Notes: a model not told the origin generated them from the letters alone. A DNA stretch of 63,631 bases, filler included, from Nemertoderma westbladi (GCA_032718475.1; 4 parts of 4 records of this genome joined end to end with filler, not necessarily neighbours in it), one strand, 5' to 3'. Shown: positions 14,452-27,345, counted from the first letter of the whole stretch. Numbers and translations: made by a program.

Positions 14452-14930
14452 GGGTAAACTGGGGTAATTTGGGACAAATTTCGCGTTCAACAGACGTTCT
14501 CCAGTCTGCTGCTAGAGGGCGAAATGTTGAATGAAAGGCCTTCTTCCATTTCCATGATTTTAATTTGTTAACCATAAGCCTGTAAGCTGAATCTTGGCAA
14601 AGTATGTATTAGGCTATAGGCAGATAGGATAGGCCCTACTACAGTACTATACCTACTATATAGGTTATCTGTCATCTCTTCAGTTCTCCAGTCTGCCGCT
14701 AGTAGGCGAAATGTCTGAAAGCGAACACCTTACACTTGCTGGTGACGGCTAGTCTATCCGACATCCCTACATCATTTAAAATAGGCATATAAAGTCTGAA
14801 GCTAAAGTGTAGGCCTATAATTTAAGCAACCCACCAAACCCCACTGCAATTACAGTTAAGAAAATACTTGTCCCAAATTACCCCAGCCTGTCCCAAATTC
14901 CCCCATGTCCCAAATTACCCCAGTTTACCC
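14452..14930. mobile_element. TA-flanked MITE in the eIF2A intron carrying two CTCF-like motifs
   Basis: TIRs GGGTAAACTGGGGTAATTTGGGACA; TA on both flanks. Confidence 0.85.
14506..14708 (+). promoter_or_regulatory. Two tandem CTCF-like motifs (14506-14521 and 14693-14708)
   Basis: CTGCTGCTAGAGGGCG and CTGCCGCTAGTAGGCG resemble the CCASYAGRKGGC core. Confidence 0.5.
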
Positions 14931-15577
14931 TACTATATTTATTGCTGGATGTTTTACTGAAATAAAAATTCGATATAATCAAAATATTTCCGTTTTGCTG
15001 CAACTATTTATTAGATATTCAAAAAATTTACTTCACTATTTATACTCCGGGATCCCGTTATTCACTAGATATAAGGTGCCCTTTCCCTTTTTACATATCC
15101 AACTTGCGTCGCTGAACTTAAAAGTTTTGTAAGCGGCACAGGTTCCTGGCGCGTCCCAACCAAAAGTATAAAAAGGCTGTTGTAACTTGTAATCACTATC
15201 CAGATTGAACAAATTGCGGCCCTTCTTTCTCCTGTGTTTTTTTCTATTACATTTGCCATGTTACTGTTTCTTACCTGTTTGCACCAAATTCAACCGCACC
15301 AAATTCAACCAGACTATGGCCTCTTCATTGTTTCGGTTTTTGCCTACTTGACCCGGTGTCACTAACATATCGTGAGAGCATTACATTACCAGTTAAAAAA
15401 ATCGAATTCGAATGTTGGAATATTTCAATACTATTTAAACTATTTCTGCTCGCTTCGCTCTCATTTCTCTTTATCACATTTATTTATCTTATTGTTGTTT
15501 TCTATTCAAAATAACATCATAGCACTGCGTTATGTACCGTTATATCGACGTAATTAACCACATTTATTATCCTTTAG

Positions 15578-16537
15578 GAGTACTGCGTTATTTACGGTTA
15601 TATGCCGGCCAAGGCGTCGGTATTTAACGCCAAATCGGAGGTCGTGTTCGACTTCGGTACGGGACCTCGGAACAGCGCCTATTACAACCCCCAGGGGGCG
15701 CTGCTCCTACTGGCTGGGTTCGGGAACCTTCGCGGCGGGTTGGAGGTCTGGGACCGCGCGGCCAACCGGTTGCTAGGCAACGCTGTAGCCGAGGATACAA
15801 CCGTGTTGACCTGGTGTCCCGACGGGTTCCACTTCATAACCGCGACGACATCGCCGCGTCTCCGAGTCGGGAACGGGTTCCGCGTGTGGAACGCGTTCGG
15901 GGAACTCCTCCATCAGGAATCATACGGGAAACATTTCGACGCGATGCTGTTCGATATCCGCTGGCAGCCTCGGCCCTCGGCTGGGTTCGAACCCCCGGCC
16001 TCGAGGTCGAGTAAACCGACCAGTAAACCGGCGGCCCCGAGTTCCTACGTTCCGCCGCATCTACGGGAATCATCGGGGTCCGCTAAGCCGCTCAACCTGC
16101 ACGAGTACGAGGCCCCCCAGGGGGCGCCACAGGGAGCCACCCAGGGGGCGCCCCACGCTGGGATGTCCAAGAGCGCGTTGAAGAATAAAAAACGTCGCGA
16201 AAATAAACTCAAAACCAAAGCGGAGGGCGATTCCGCCGTGACGTCATCTAAGAGTATGACGTCATCGTGTAGGTCTGCCGAACAGTCTGACGCTTTGTTT
16301 ATGGCGGGGCATATAGTCCCTGCGCGCGCCCCCCTACCAACTCCAGTTGCCACGCAACCGGATAACGCAAAGAAAATAAAAAATATTAGGAAGAAACTCG
16401 TCCAGATCGAATCGCTAAAGGAAAAACACGAGAAAGGAGAAAATCTGGAGAAAAATCAGCTGGATAAAATAAACTCCGAGGTGGAATTATTGGAGGAATT
16501 GCGCAATCTAGAGATAAATGGGAATCCTTGGGAATAA
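15578..16537 (+). CDS. EIF2A: eIF2A coding exon 2 (spliced product ~605 aa)
   Basis: Acceptor CCTTTAG| then EYCVIYGYMPAKA, FDFGTGPRN, AGFGNLRG, ATTSPRLRVGNG, YVPPHLR, LEKNQLDKI; TAA stop. Confidence 0.96.
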   Translation, partial: EYCVIYGYMPAKASVFNAKSEVVFDFGTGPRNSAYYNPQGALLLLAGFGNLRGGLEVWDRAANRLLGNAVAEDTTVLTWCPDGFHFITATTSPRLRVGNGFRVWNAFGELLHQESYGKHFDAMLFDIRWQPRPSAGFEPPASRSSKPTSKPAAPSSYVPPHLRESSGSAKPLNLHEYEAPQGAPQGATQGAPHAGMSKSALKNKKRRENKLKTKAEGDSAVTSSKSMTSSCRSAEQSDALFMAGHIVPARAPLPTPVATQPDNAKKIKNIRKKLVQIESLKEKHEKGENLEKNQLDKINSEVELLEELRNLEINGNPWE

Positions 16538-16999
16538 ATATAGTGTTAGGTAATTAAATAATTAATTAGTTGTTAAAACAAGTCACGACTTTCGTGTGGG
16601 TATATATATGTGGGGTGTAATAATCTGTTATTAACTGAGTTGTGGAAATATTGTTATATAAGGAAGTGAAAACCGTAAGATTATAAGTTCACATTTTATT
16701 TTACCGTAAACATTGTTTGCTATAAGATATTTATATTAAATTACCGAAATTAACAATAGCAAGAAATTCGCTTGTTTGTAACAAAATCCTAAACAAAAAC
16801 AAAAAAGTATATTGTAACCTGTGTTAGCCACCCTCGTTGTTGTTTTGGGTAGAACAACATGCCGCTGTAACCTGTTCATTTCCATTAATTAATAATCAAC
16901 CGCCATCTCGGTCCAATAATGAAGGTATTTTTACAACATCCAACCATTTTCTTGGCGGTCGGACATGATAAATCCATAAATATAATACAACATGCAATA

Positions 17000-17461
17000 G
17001 GAGACTGGGGGCGGGGGACTGGGGGCGGGAGACTGGGGGCGGGAGACTGGGGGCGGGGGACTGGGGGCGGGGGACTGGGAACGGGAGACTGGGGGCGGGA
17101 GAGTGGGGAGGGAAACTGGGGGCGGGAGAGTGGGGGCGGGGGGACTGGGGCGGGAGACTGGGGGCGGGAGACTGGGGGCGGGAGACTGGGGGCGGGAGAG
17201 TGGGGGCGGGGGACTGGGGCGGGAGACTGGGGGCGGGGGACTGGGGGCGGGAGACTGGGGGCGGGGGACTGGGGGCGGGAGAGTGGGGGCGGGGGACTGG
17301 GGGCGGGGGACTGGGGGCGGGGGACTGGGGGCGGGAGACTGGGGGCGGGATACTGGGGGCGGGGGACTGGGGCGGGAGACTGGGGGACTGGGGGCGGGGG
17401 ACTAGGGCGGGGGACTGGGGGCGGGGGACTGGGGCGGGGGACTGGGGGCGGGGGACTGGGG
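17000..17461. repeat. G-rich 13-14-bp minisatellite (GACTGGGGGCGGGR)n with G-quadruplex potential
   Basis: Directly visible tandem array. Confidence 0.95.
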
Positions 17462-19769
17462 ACCTTTGCCGTGGCACTATATTGTAAACAAAGAATAAAC
17501 TAAACCAAAGCCTATAGAATAGGTCACAGTTTTATTTTTGAGAGTAACCCCCCCCCCCCCCCCCCCCCCATATGTAGTATGATATACATTGAGTGAAGTA
17601 AATGTTTGTCTCTCTTTGCAATTTATTGAATGTCAACTATCCTGGGCATTTTAGACATGGTTAGGAGTTCCAAGATATTTAACCAATATATTAGTAATTA
17701 GTCTATTATAAATCAACTCCGTGCAAATCTTTTATCTGAAAAATTCAATGCGTTTCTGAATCTACATTTAAAAGTGATTAAAAATTAATTATATTTCAAT
17801 TTAATTCAAAACAAATTGACAGAGTTGAAAATAACTATATTTTGTTATGGGGAAAAAATTTGCTATTCTCGCTGATCCAGAGATTTATCTTTGCCAAGCG
17901 GAGCGGGTGGGTGTCACGTTGAAACGTAGATTACTAATCGGTTAAAAGGGAAATTATATGAAATATAGACTTTATATCACTACTAAACTAGATGATTAAT
18001 TATTTATCTCAATGTTTTTATAATTTAAAGTAAAAAATTAATTAGTGGAAGGAAGTGATTCATTATAGTGAGCCAAAGTTGTTATAAATTCTTTATCGCT
18101 TTTTTTTACAAATTCAAGTGAGATAAACTATTTTACAAGTTACTTAAAAAAGGAATTAAACTGAATTGTTAACATTCTATCACGTATTTTCAAGGGTGTT
18201 GATTTCAATTCAACTATTAATTCTTCTGACCTAATATGTTTAACACGAGTTGGCAGGTTTTTAGCGTAGCGTAGCGAGTGATAAAATGACAACTAGTGTA
18301 TTTAGTGTAAACTAAATGCAGGAAGGCAGATTATCCATTTCCTAGAATTAATGCTCATGCGTACATAACACACGTTCGTCGGGCCTTCGCGCAGCACGAG
18401 GCTTAGTTATGAGATACAGATTAATATTGAGCGATTCTACTGTATCACAAACTCGGTATTCAAGAAATTTAACCAATCACCAGTAAATCAAACAGAGGGG
18501 AATAAAGCCCCCCCCCCCCCCCCCCCCCCGGTATGGATAGGGTTAACCTCCCTCTTAATCTGCACCACCCCAACCCAAAGGCGCACACAGGATTGATGAA
18601 AGGCAGGTATTAATAATTGGAAATTTGTGTTTTAAAAGTAATATATTATATTTATTTTTAATATAACACAAAATACAACTGGAAACGATTCACAAATATA
18701 CAAACAGAACAAATAATTAAAATAATTAAAAGATTGCATATTATTTAATTTACCTAACCAACAAAGAAATGTTATTGGTAACATGTTAAACTCATAAAGT
18801 AATATATTAAATATCTTAGGCGTAGAAGGCGACCCAATTTGTAAAAAATATTAAAACTTACCTTATGCCGATAGTATTGATACTGAAACATAAATGTATC
18901 ATGTCAACTCCTCAACGAAATTATTTAGCTAATTATTCTAAAGAATCACGATTATATACCAATCATTTTGTAAGCTAAAGACGATACCAAAGCTGGCTTA
19001 TTAGTCTGGCTCATTACAAGGCTGCCTAATGAGTAGTTGTCAAGCATGCCTCTGGAGTATAGAGTAACAACGGCTTACGGGGTATTTTAATAACTTAATT
19101 ACGTTAAGATCAATGTATTAAAAACACATTTCTTAAAGCAAATCACTTGAACTAATTAAAAACTATAATGAAATGGGCTATGGGGGTTACAGCTGTATAA
19201 TTTTTAAGTATAATTATTTAAATCTTATATAGAAAAAAATTAATCTCCAATAAAGGGCTGCAGACAAACTGCTGTTTTATACCGTAATCAACTTAATTGA
19301 CTAATTAACTGCTACTATCTTAGCTTCTCGAACGCCACACGCAAATTCATTTCTAAACTTTTACCAAACAACATGTGTACCAAGTTTGGTTAGATTTCAT
19401 CAAGGATTGGCCGAGTTATTAACGTTTGAAATTGGACATAACAGATCAACAGACCGATTGAGTTAGTGGTACCCGTTTGCTAAGCTCGCTTACTTTCGAG
19501 GCTCGCCCCACAAAACTTGGCAGAATAAACTGCTCTTGGGGATATTTTCCAGGTTGCTGATAGGATAACATTTCACACATCGCACTATTTCGTTTGGTGT
19601 TTGTTTTGGTTGATGCAAATCATTCTTGGTTTGGATTTACCATCTGCGTCTGTGTGGTGCATTCTCGTTTCGGTAGCTGCGACAGCATCCTTGAGAGGTC
19701 AGCCTCGGGGCCACCCAGAACATACATGCAGGTTGGGTGGGCCGGTGAAGGAGGCACCAGGTACTACAT

Positions 19770-20100
19770 GGCATCAGTTGATAGCATAGTACTATCAGGT
19801 ACTACTAGTAGAGTATATGAAGGTCCAAATGGGTCGAAGGTCCGTATAGGTAGAATTGACTATTTATTTATCAATTAAGGGAAAGGAACAGGTTACAGTG
19901 GCACGTTATTCTAACCAAAACATTAAACGAGAATCAATAGCTCATGTTACAGATTAAATTGATGACGGGATGAAGCAAAATAATTAGGTAGTACACCACA
20001 GCTAGGCTGTTGCCGCTAGGTAGTACGAGTTGGCTATGCGGCAATACTACTACGATAGTACCTGATGCATAGTCTTGTACTACGGTAGTACTGAGTGCCG
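19770..20100. mobile_element. Degenerate inverted-repeat element containing the shared core
   Basis: GGCATCAGT...ATCAGGTACTA versus TAGTACCTGAT...ACTGAGTGCC; core at 19879-19930. Confidence 0.5.
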
Positions 20101-20222
20101 ATGGACCAGATACTATACCCATATATTCGAGGTTTATTATCTGCCTGATCACCGGCGGTACGCAGGTGCACTACATACCACCTTCATATGGCCTGGGTTG
20201 GTATGGTCACTACAGTCTCGGG

Positions 20223-21885
20223 ACAGGGAACGCCGAACGCGCATACGTTGACCACCACGTTGTCACACAGGGGTGACTCACTGACACCGAATACTGTACA
20301 CGAGGCATTCAAGGATTGGATCAGGGAACGCCGGACACGCATACGTTGACCACCACGTTGTCACACAGGGGTGACTCACTGACACCGAATACTGTACACG
20401 AGGCATTCAAGGATTGGATCAGGGAACGCCGGACACGCATACGTTGACCACCACGTTGTCACACAGGGGTGACTCACTGACACCGAATACTGTACACGAG
20501 GCATTCAAGGGTTGGATCAGGGAACGCCGAACGCGCATACGTTGACCACCACGACACCGAATACTGTACACGAGGCATTCAAGGGTTGGATCAGGGAACG
20601 CCGAACGCGCATACGTTGACCACCACGACACCGAATACTGTACACGAGGCATTCAAGGGTTGGATCAGGGAACGCCGGACGCGCATACGTTGACCACCAC
20701 GACACCGAATACTGTACACGAGGCATTCAAGGGTTGGATCAGGGAACGCCGAACGCGCATACGTTGACCACCACGACACCGAATACTGTACACGAGGCAT
20801 TCAAGGGTTGGATCAGGGAACGCCGGACGCGCATACGTTGACCACCACGACACCGAATACTGTACACGAGGCATTCAAGGGTTGGATCAGGGAACGCCGG
20901 ACGCGCATACGTTGACCACCACGACACCGAATACTGTACACGAGGCATTCAAGGATTGGATCAGGGAACGCCGGACGCGCATACGTTGACCACCACGACA
21001 CCGAATACTGTACACGAGGCATTCAAGGGTTGGATCAGGGAACGCCGAACGCGCATACGTTGACCACCACGACACCGAATACTGTACACGAGGCATTCAA
21101 GGGTTGGATCAGGGAACGCCGGACGCGCATACGTTGACCACCACGACACCGAATACTGTACACGAGGCATTCAAGGGTTGGATCAGGGAACGCCGGACGC
21201 GCATACGTTGACCACCACGACACCGAATACTGTACACGAGGCATTCAAGGGTTGGATCAGGGAACGCCGGACGCGCATACGTTGACCACCACGACACCGA
21301 ATACTGTACACGAGGCATTCAAGGGTTGGATCAGGGAACGCCGGACGCGCATACGTTGACCACCACGACACCGAATACTGTACACGAGGCATTCAAGGGT
21401 TGGATCAGGGAACGCCGAACGCGCATACGTTGACCACCACGTTGTCACACAGGGGTGACTCACTGACACCGAATACTGTACACGAGGCATTCAAGGGTTG
21501 GATCAGGGAACGCCGGACGCGCATACGTTGACCACCACGTTGTCACACAGGGGTGACTCACTGACACCGAATACTGTACACGAGGCATTCAAGGATTGGA
21601 TCAGGGTACGCCGGACACGCATACGTTGACCACCACGTTGTCACACAGGGGTGACTCACTGACACCGAATACTGTACACGAGGCATTCAAGGATTGGATC
21701 AGGGAACGCCGAACGCGCATACGTTGACCACCACGACACCGAATACTGTACACGAGGCATTCAAGGGTTGGATCAGGGAACGCCGGACGCGCATACGTTG
21801 ACCACCACGACACCGAATACTGTACACGAGGCATTCAAGGGTTGGATCAGGGAACGCCGGACGCGCATACGTTGACCACCACGAC
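20223..21885. repeat. 74-bp satellite with a 98-bp variant (24-bp insertion), about 20 units, running into a spacer
   Basis: Unit CAGGGAACGCCGRACGCGCATACGTTGACCACCACG[TTGTCACACAGGGGTGACTCACTG]ACACCGAATACTGTACACGAGGCATTCAAGGRTTGGAT. Confidence 0.97.
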
Positions 21886-21985
21886 NNNNNNNNNNNNNNN
21901 NNNNNNNNNNNNNNNNNNNNNNNNNNNNNTTAATTAATTAANNNNNNNNNNNNNNNNNNNNNNNNNNNNNNNNNNNNNNNNNNNN
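21886..21985. other. Artificial contig spacer (N44-TTAATTAATTAA-N44)
   Basis: Identical 100-nt stop-in-all-frames linker occurs three times. Confidence 0.97.
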
Positions 21986-22117
21986 TAGGCCTGTGATTCT
22001 ACATTTTTTGTAGTTTTGGGGTGTAAGAATGTTGTGTTTACCTTTGAACTGATACTTGGCAGACATACTACACGATTGCGGCATTAGATGCGTGTTTGTA
22101 AGGAGGTTAACCACGCG

Positions 22118-22146
22118 GCAGTTCCCCAGTCTGCCGCTAAGGGGCG
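22118..22146 (+). promoter_or_regulatory. CTCF-like site with upstream module
   Basis: GCAGTTCC, 5-nt spacer, CTGCCGCTAAGGGGCG. Confidence 0.5.
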
Positions 22147-22249
22147 AAATGTCTGAAAGTGATAACCTTCTGTTTTGTTTCCTTTGAGTGATTAGTTGAA
22201 GGCCAATTTATGATAGCCCACTCCATAGCGAATAACTTATTCATCCGTC

Positions 22250-22335
22250 CTACTAGCTCAGTATACACACCGGGCAGATGATAACACCTGAAGTTTGAAA
22301 CCTAGGTATCGGGTTCGAGCCCGAATAGAGTCGGT
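22250..22335 (+). repeat. Degenerate tRNA-derived (SINE-head-like) sequence
   Basis: A-box-like TAGCTCAGT and B-box GGTTCGAGCCC; no intact cloverleaf. Confidence 0.4.
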
Positions 22336-23238
22336 TGATATTTTTGATGGAGAGCATTATCATATTGTTCTATTACATTATATATATTTTCTTTCGTTTT
22401 TTTTTATAATCCTATGGATGTGATACTTATCATTGTAGATTTCGACTGGGAGAGTAAACAAAAAGAGGTGGATGTTTACAGGGTGGGGTGCTCTCCCTTG
22501 GGAGTTACTGTCGCGCCCTCCCAGCCTTATTATAGGTAACAGCCAAGAGAGAGAGAGACGAGCCTTCGGGTTTCACACGTTCACCGTACCTTCCTTAGTT
22601 TTCTCGAATTACTGTACTATTCAACTCCCGATGCTGCCTTAACTCAATGTTATATAATTTAGTGTTCTCGAATATTTATTACGTAACTAGAGAGCCGCTT
22701 AACTACATAAACTAATATTGGGTATTGAGTTCCGTTTTGGAGTACGTCTTGCAGACACTAAAGTTGCAATAACTTTTGAATGTGTAAGTGGATTTGGTCA
22801 AATTACGTACAAAACATTTCTATATAGATGTTCTATCAACACATGTAATAAAGTTTATGAATTTCCACCAATAATTAATATTTTCTCATTATTTTCATTT
22901 TTTTAAACCTATGTCTTACATGGAAAAATTTCTCCTACCATTCAATATTCGGGCTAAAATGTAACAATTTATAAGAGTATCAACTATTTACTACTAAATA
23001 TTTATTTATTTTTTACTAATACTAACTAATAATTGTTATTGATAGAGTTAGCATTCATGTTGATATCAATTATGTAGATAGCGGGACAATGAATGGTAAA
23101 TGTATAGCCATTCATTGTCCCGCTATCTACTTAAATAATTGTTATTTTTTGCGAGTTTGCCTATCTACAGGGTTAACTGTATTTATTGTGACTTGTATGA
23201 ATGAATCATTAATTGGTTGACATTTCTTCTTCATGTAG

Positions 23239-23447
23239 ATGTTTGTCTAGTTGTAATGAAGTCGTCGCCACATACAAAGTTCAAGAATTCGCCATCGAAG
23301 TGGCTATACTGTTACCTAGCAACCATCCGTTGGGTAACATCTCGGTGGAAACGCGACAGAAAGTTGGCGTTCCGGCCAGCCAATGGCGTTCCTGGATTCT
23401 TCAGATGACGATGTTTCTTCGCAACCAAAATGGATCGATTCTAGAAG
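23239..23447 (+). CDS. LTN1: E3 ubiquitin ligase listerin, penultimate coding exon (RWD region)
   Basis: EVVATYKVQEFAIEVAILLPSNHPLG...VGVPASQWRSWILQMTMFLRNQNGSILE; phase-1 donor matches the next acceptor; 5' boundary approximate. Confidence 0.92.
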
Positions 23448-24021
23448 GTGTGAATCACTTTATTGAGCTGATTGAGTTGTTTTGATAACTTATATTAATA
23501 ATTATTATTTAATATTAAATATTATTTCATTTTTGAATAAATAATAATGTATATAATTTGTTAAGGGAGAAGGAGTTATTTTATTTCCAAGTAGTACACG
23601 TCATTTTACAACTAAAAATTATATTCTTGCTTCTTAAAAATTGAGGATATTTCATTGGTGACTTTCAACGTGACCATCAAGTGATTGGCTGCGGAAACTA
23701 AATGTGGTTACATATTTTAAGAAAATGGTTTTGTTGCGAATTTGTACTAAAACTATAACTAAAGCTTCAACTATATTTTTGGAAACTGGAACTGAAATAA
23801 ACATTTTTATTCGTACTGAAACTTGAACTGAAACCAAAACAAGTAGATATTTCGTTTCAGTTAGCAGCACTAAGGTGCTATAATTATTACATCCCCCCCC
23901 CCACCCCCCTACGTATGCATGCATTACTTTTTCTTCCCCTAAAAGGATATATCACTTTTTCTAAGTATTTATGACTTGTATATTAATTCGAAGGATTTAT
24001 TATTACTTTTTCTCCTTCTAG

Positions 24022-24230
24022 GTATACACCTGTGGCGCAACAACCTGGACAAACGGTTTTCCGGCGTAGAGGACTGCTACATATGCTACTCGGTTATCCA
24101 TGGGTTCAACTACTCGCTACCCAAACACGCTTGCAGAACCTGCCACAAACGTTTCCACAACTCGTGTCTCTACAAGTGGTTCAGCACTAGTAACAATGCA
24201 TCATGTCCCCTCTGCAGAAATCCATTTTAG
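24022..24230 (+). CDS. LTN1: Listerin last exon (C-terminal RING)
   Basis: [69 protein letters not shown]. Confidence 0.96.
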
Positions 24231-24607
24231 TTAGCCATTTTCTAACTCAGATAAAAACCGTCTGTTCATGATGGACTTTGGTGCCATAAAGTGAAACTTG
24301 ATAATATATGTTCAGGAGACGGGAACCAAAATTTGGTTTTTGGGATCTTCACAATGTTATTTTTATTTTTTTAGATATGTAAATTATAGGTGGTATAATA
24401 TTATATTAGATTGAAAGGGAAGGGTTATCATGGTGAAATAATCGCTGTTTTACATCATGCCATCAAAGGGACCGCAATTTTGTAACAGTTATGATACTGC
24501 TAAGTGCTAACTACCAGGTAGGAAAAAATCCCAAGATTTATTAGGATATCATCAGTTTACCTCAGTTAGAATGTTGGAGCAGAGTTTGGTACGTGATTGA
24601 CTCGTTA

Positions 24608-26395
24608 GGTGTAGATCTTTGTATAGACCATGATGTAGACCTTGGTGTAGACATTGGTATAGACATTGGTGTAGACATTGGTGTAGACATGGTGTATACC
24701 GTGGTGTAGACCTTGGTGTAGCTGTAGACCTTGGTGTAGACCTTGGTGTAGACATGGTGTATACCGTGGTGTAGACCTTGGTGTAGCTGTAGACCTTGGT
24801 GTAGACCTTGGTGTAGACCTTGGTGTAGACCTTGATGTAGACCTTGGTGTAGACCTTGGTGTAGACATTGGTGTAGACATGGTGTATACCGTGGTGTAGA
24901 CCTTGGCGTAGCTGTAGACCTTGGTGTAGACCTTGGTGTAGACATGGTGTATACCGTGGTGTAGACCTTGGTGTAGATCTTTGTATAGACATTGGTGTAG
25001 ACCTTGGTGTAGACCTTGGTGTAGACATTGGTGTAGACCTTGGTGTAGATCTTGGTGTAGACCTTGGTGTAGACCTTGGTGTAGACCTTGGTGTAGACCT
25101 TGGTGTAGACATGGTGTATTCTGTGGTGTAGACCTTGGTGTAGACCTTGGTGTAGACATTGGTGTAGACATGGTGTATACCGTGGTGTAGACCTTGGTGT
25201 AGACATTGGTGTAGACATGGTGTATACCGTGGTGTAGACCTTGGCGTAGCTGTAGACCTTGGTGTAGACCTTGGTGTAGACATGGTGTATACTGTGGTGT
25301 AGACCTTGGTGTAGACCTTGGTGTAGACCTTGGTGTAGACATTGGTGTAGACCTTGGTGTAGATCTTGGTGTAGACCTTGGTGTAGACCTTGGTGTAGAC
25401 CTTGGTGTAGATCTTGGTGTAGACCTTGGTGTAGACCTTGGTGTAGACCTTGGTGTAGACATGGTGTATACTGTGGTGTAGACCTTGGTGTAGACCTTGC
25501 TGTAGACCTTGGTGTAGACCTTGGTGTAGATCTTTGTATAGACATTGGTGTAGACCTTGGTGTAGACCTTGGTGTAGACATTGGTGTAGACCTTGGTGTA
25601 GACCTTGGTGTAGACCTTGGTGTAGACCTTGGTGTAGCTGTAGACCTTGGTGTAGATCTTGGTGTAGACCTTGGTGTAGACCTTGGTGTAGACCTTGGTG
25701 TAGCTGTAGACCTTGGTGTAGATCTTGGTGTAGACCTTGGTGTAGACCTTGGTGTAGACCTTGGTGTAGACATTGGTGTAGACCTTGGTGTAGACATGGT
25801 GTATACCGTGGTGTAGACCTTGGTGTAGACCTTGGTGTAGATCTTGGTGTAGACCTTGGTGTAGACCTTGGTGTAGACCTTGGTGTAGACCTTGGTGTAG
25901 ACCTTGGTGTAGCTGTAGACCTTGGTGTAGATCTTGGTGTAGACCTTGGTGTAGACCTTGGTGTAGACCTTGGTGTAGACCTTGGTGTAACTGTAGACCT
26001 TGGTGTAGACCTTGGTGTAGACCTTGGTGTAGACCTTGGTGTAGACATTGGTGTAGACCTTGGTGTAGACATGGTGTATACCGTGGTGTAGACCTTGGTG
26101 TAGACCTTGGTGTAGATCTTGGTGTAGACCTTGGTGTATACCTTGGTGTAGACCTTGGTATAGACCTTGGTGTAGACCTTGGTGTAGACCTTGGTGTAGA
26201 CCTTGGTGTAGACCTTGGTGTAGACCTTGGTGTAGACATTGGTGTATACCTTGGTGTAGACCTTGGTGTAGACCTTGGTGTAGCTGTAGACCTTGGTGTA
26301 GATCTTGGTGTAGACCTTGGTGTAGACCTTGGTGTAGACCTTGGTGTAGACCTTGGTGTAGACATTGGTGTATACCTTGGTGTAGACATTGGTGT
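24608..26395. repeat. 12-bp satellite (CCTTGGTGTAGA)n with variant units, ~1.8 kb
   Basis: Visible array; stop-free in all three minus frames (STPR/LHQG/YTKV). Confidence 0.97.
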
Positions 26396-27345
26396 TTTTT
26401 TGATGTTAAGTTTGCAGTTGGCTGACTGAGTAAATCCATTTCCAAATTTGACAAATATTAATTCTTACAATTGCCGAAGAGTCAAGGTTCCATAAAATGT
26501 TCCATTCGTTGTTAATTATAAACGGCTACCAATTAAAATCCCTAAATTTATGAAAATTTTACCAAAAAAAATTATATTAGGCTACACCAAATTAAATAAA
26601 TGTGACCCCAAAAAAAATTATTCAACACCAAATAAATAAAGTCACCCCAAATAAAATTATTCAAACACCAAAATAAATTTTTCATCACCAAAATCAACTA
26701 TTCAATTCCAAAATAAATAAATGCCTCCCAAAACCAATTTTTCTCACCAAAATAAATTACAAAACCCCCTAAATATATACATTTTCCCCCAAAATAATTA
26801 CAAATTTTACCAAAACAAATACATTTACGCCCAAAATAAATACATTTTCTCCCAAAACAAATACATTTTCGCCCAAAACAAATAGGAGGGGGGGGGGGGG
26901 GGGGGGGTTGAATGGGTCTATTTTTTTTATATGACTTTTTTCTGCTTTTGATCATTCATTATGAAATAAAAACATTATCTAAAGTAACATTGTATTATTC
27001 TAGTTTCTGAATTTATAAGAATCGACAGTAGAGTACTATTCTATAGAAAGATTTTTAGTTTTTTTTTTTTAAAGATTTTTTTTCAGTTTTTAGAAGTAAT
27101 GAATCGTCGGGAACAATGGGTGAAGTGTGGGGTTAAATGGGTGTTATGTTGAATCTTTGGCAAAATTAGCTATATATTGTGGGATTTAAAGCGGGTTGAA
27201 TGGATCGTTGAAAAGCAGAACAAAATTTGCAAAAATTTGATATATAGATTGTATACATTTTAACTTATATTTTGTCAAAATGTAAGTTCAAAATATTAAA
27301 TTTAATATTAAGAATGTTCTCCTAAATAAGAGTCCTAAATATTAT

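Noticed and set aside
16896-17503. Gly-rich or Pro-rich (extensin-like) proteins
   Set aside because: These are translations of a 13-14-bp minisatellite with frame-shifting units.
20223-21885. CRISPR array or cluster of 69-aa genes
   Set aside because: There are no unique spacers and no cas genes. The repeated ORFs are a by-product of a 74-bp unit cycling through frames.
21930-21941. TTAATTAATTAA as a biological motif
   Set aside because: It is identical and centred in all three N-runs, so it is a concatenation linker. Adjacency across it is unreliable.
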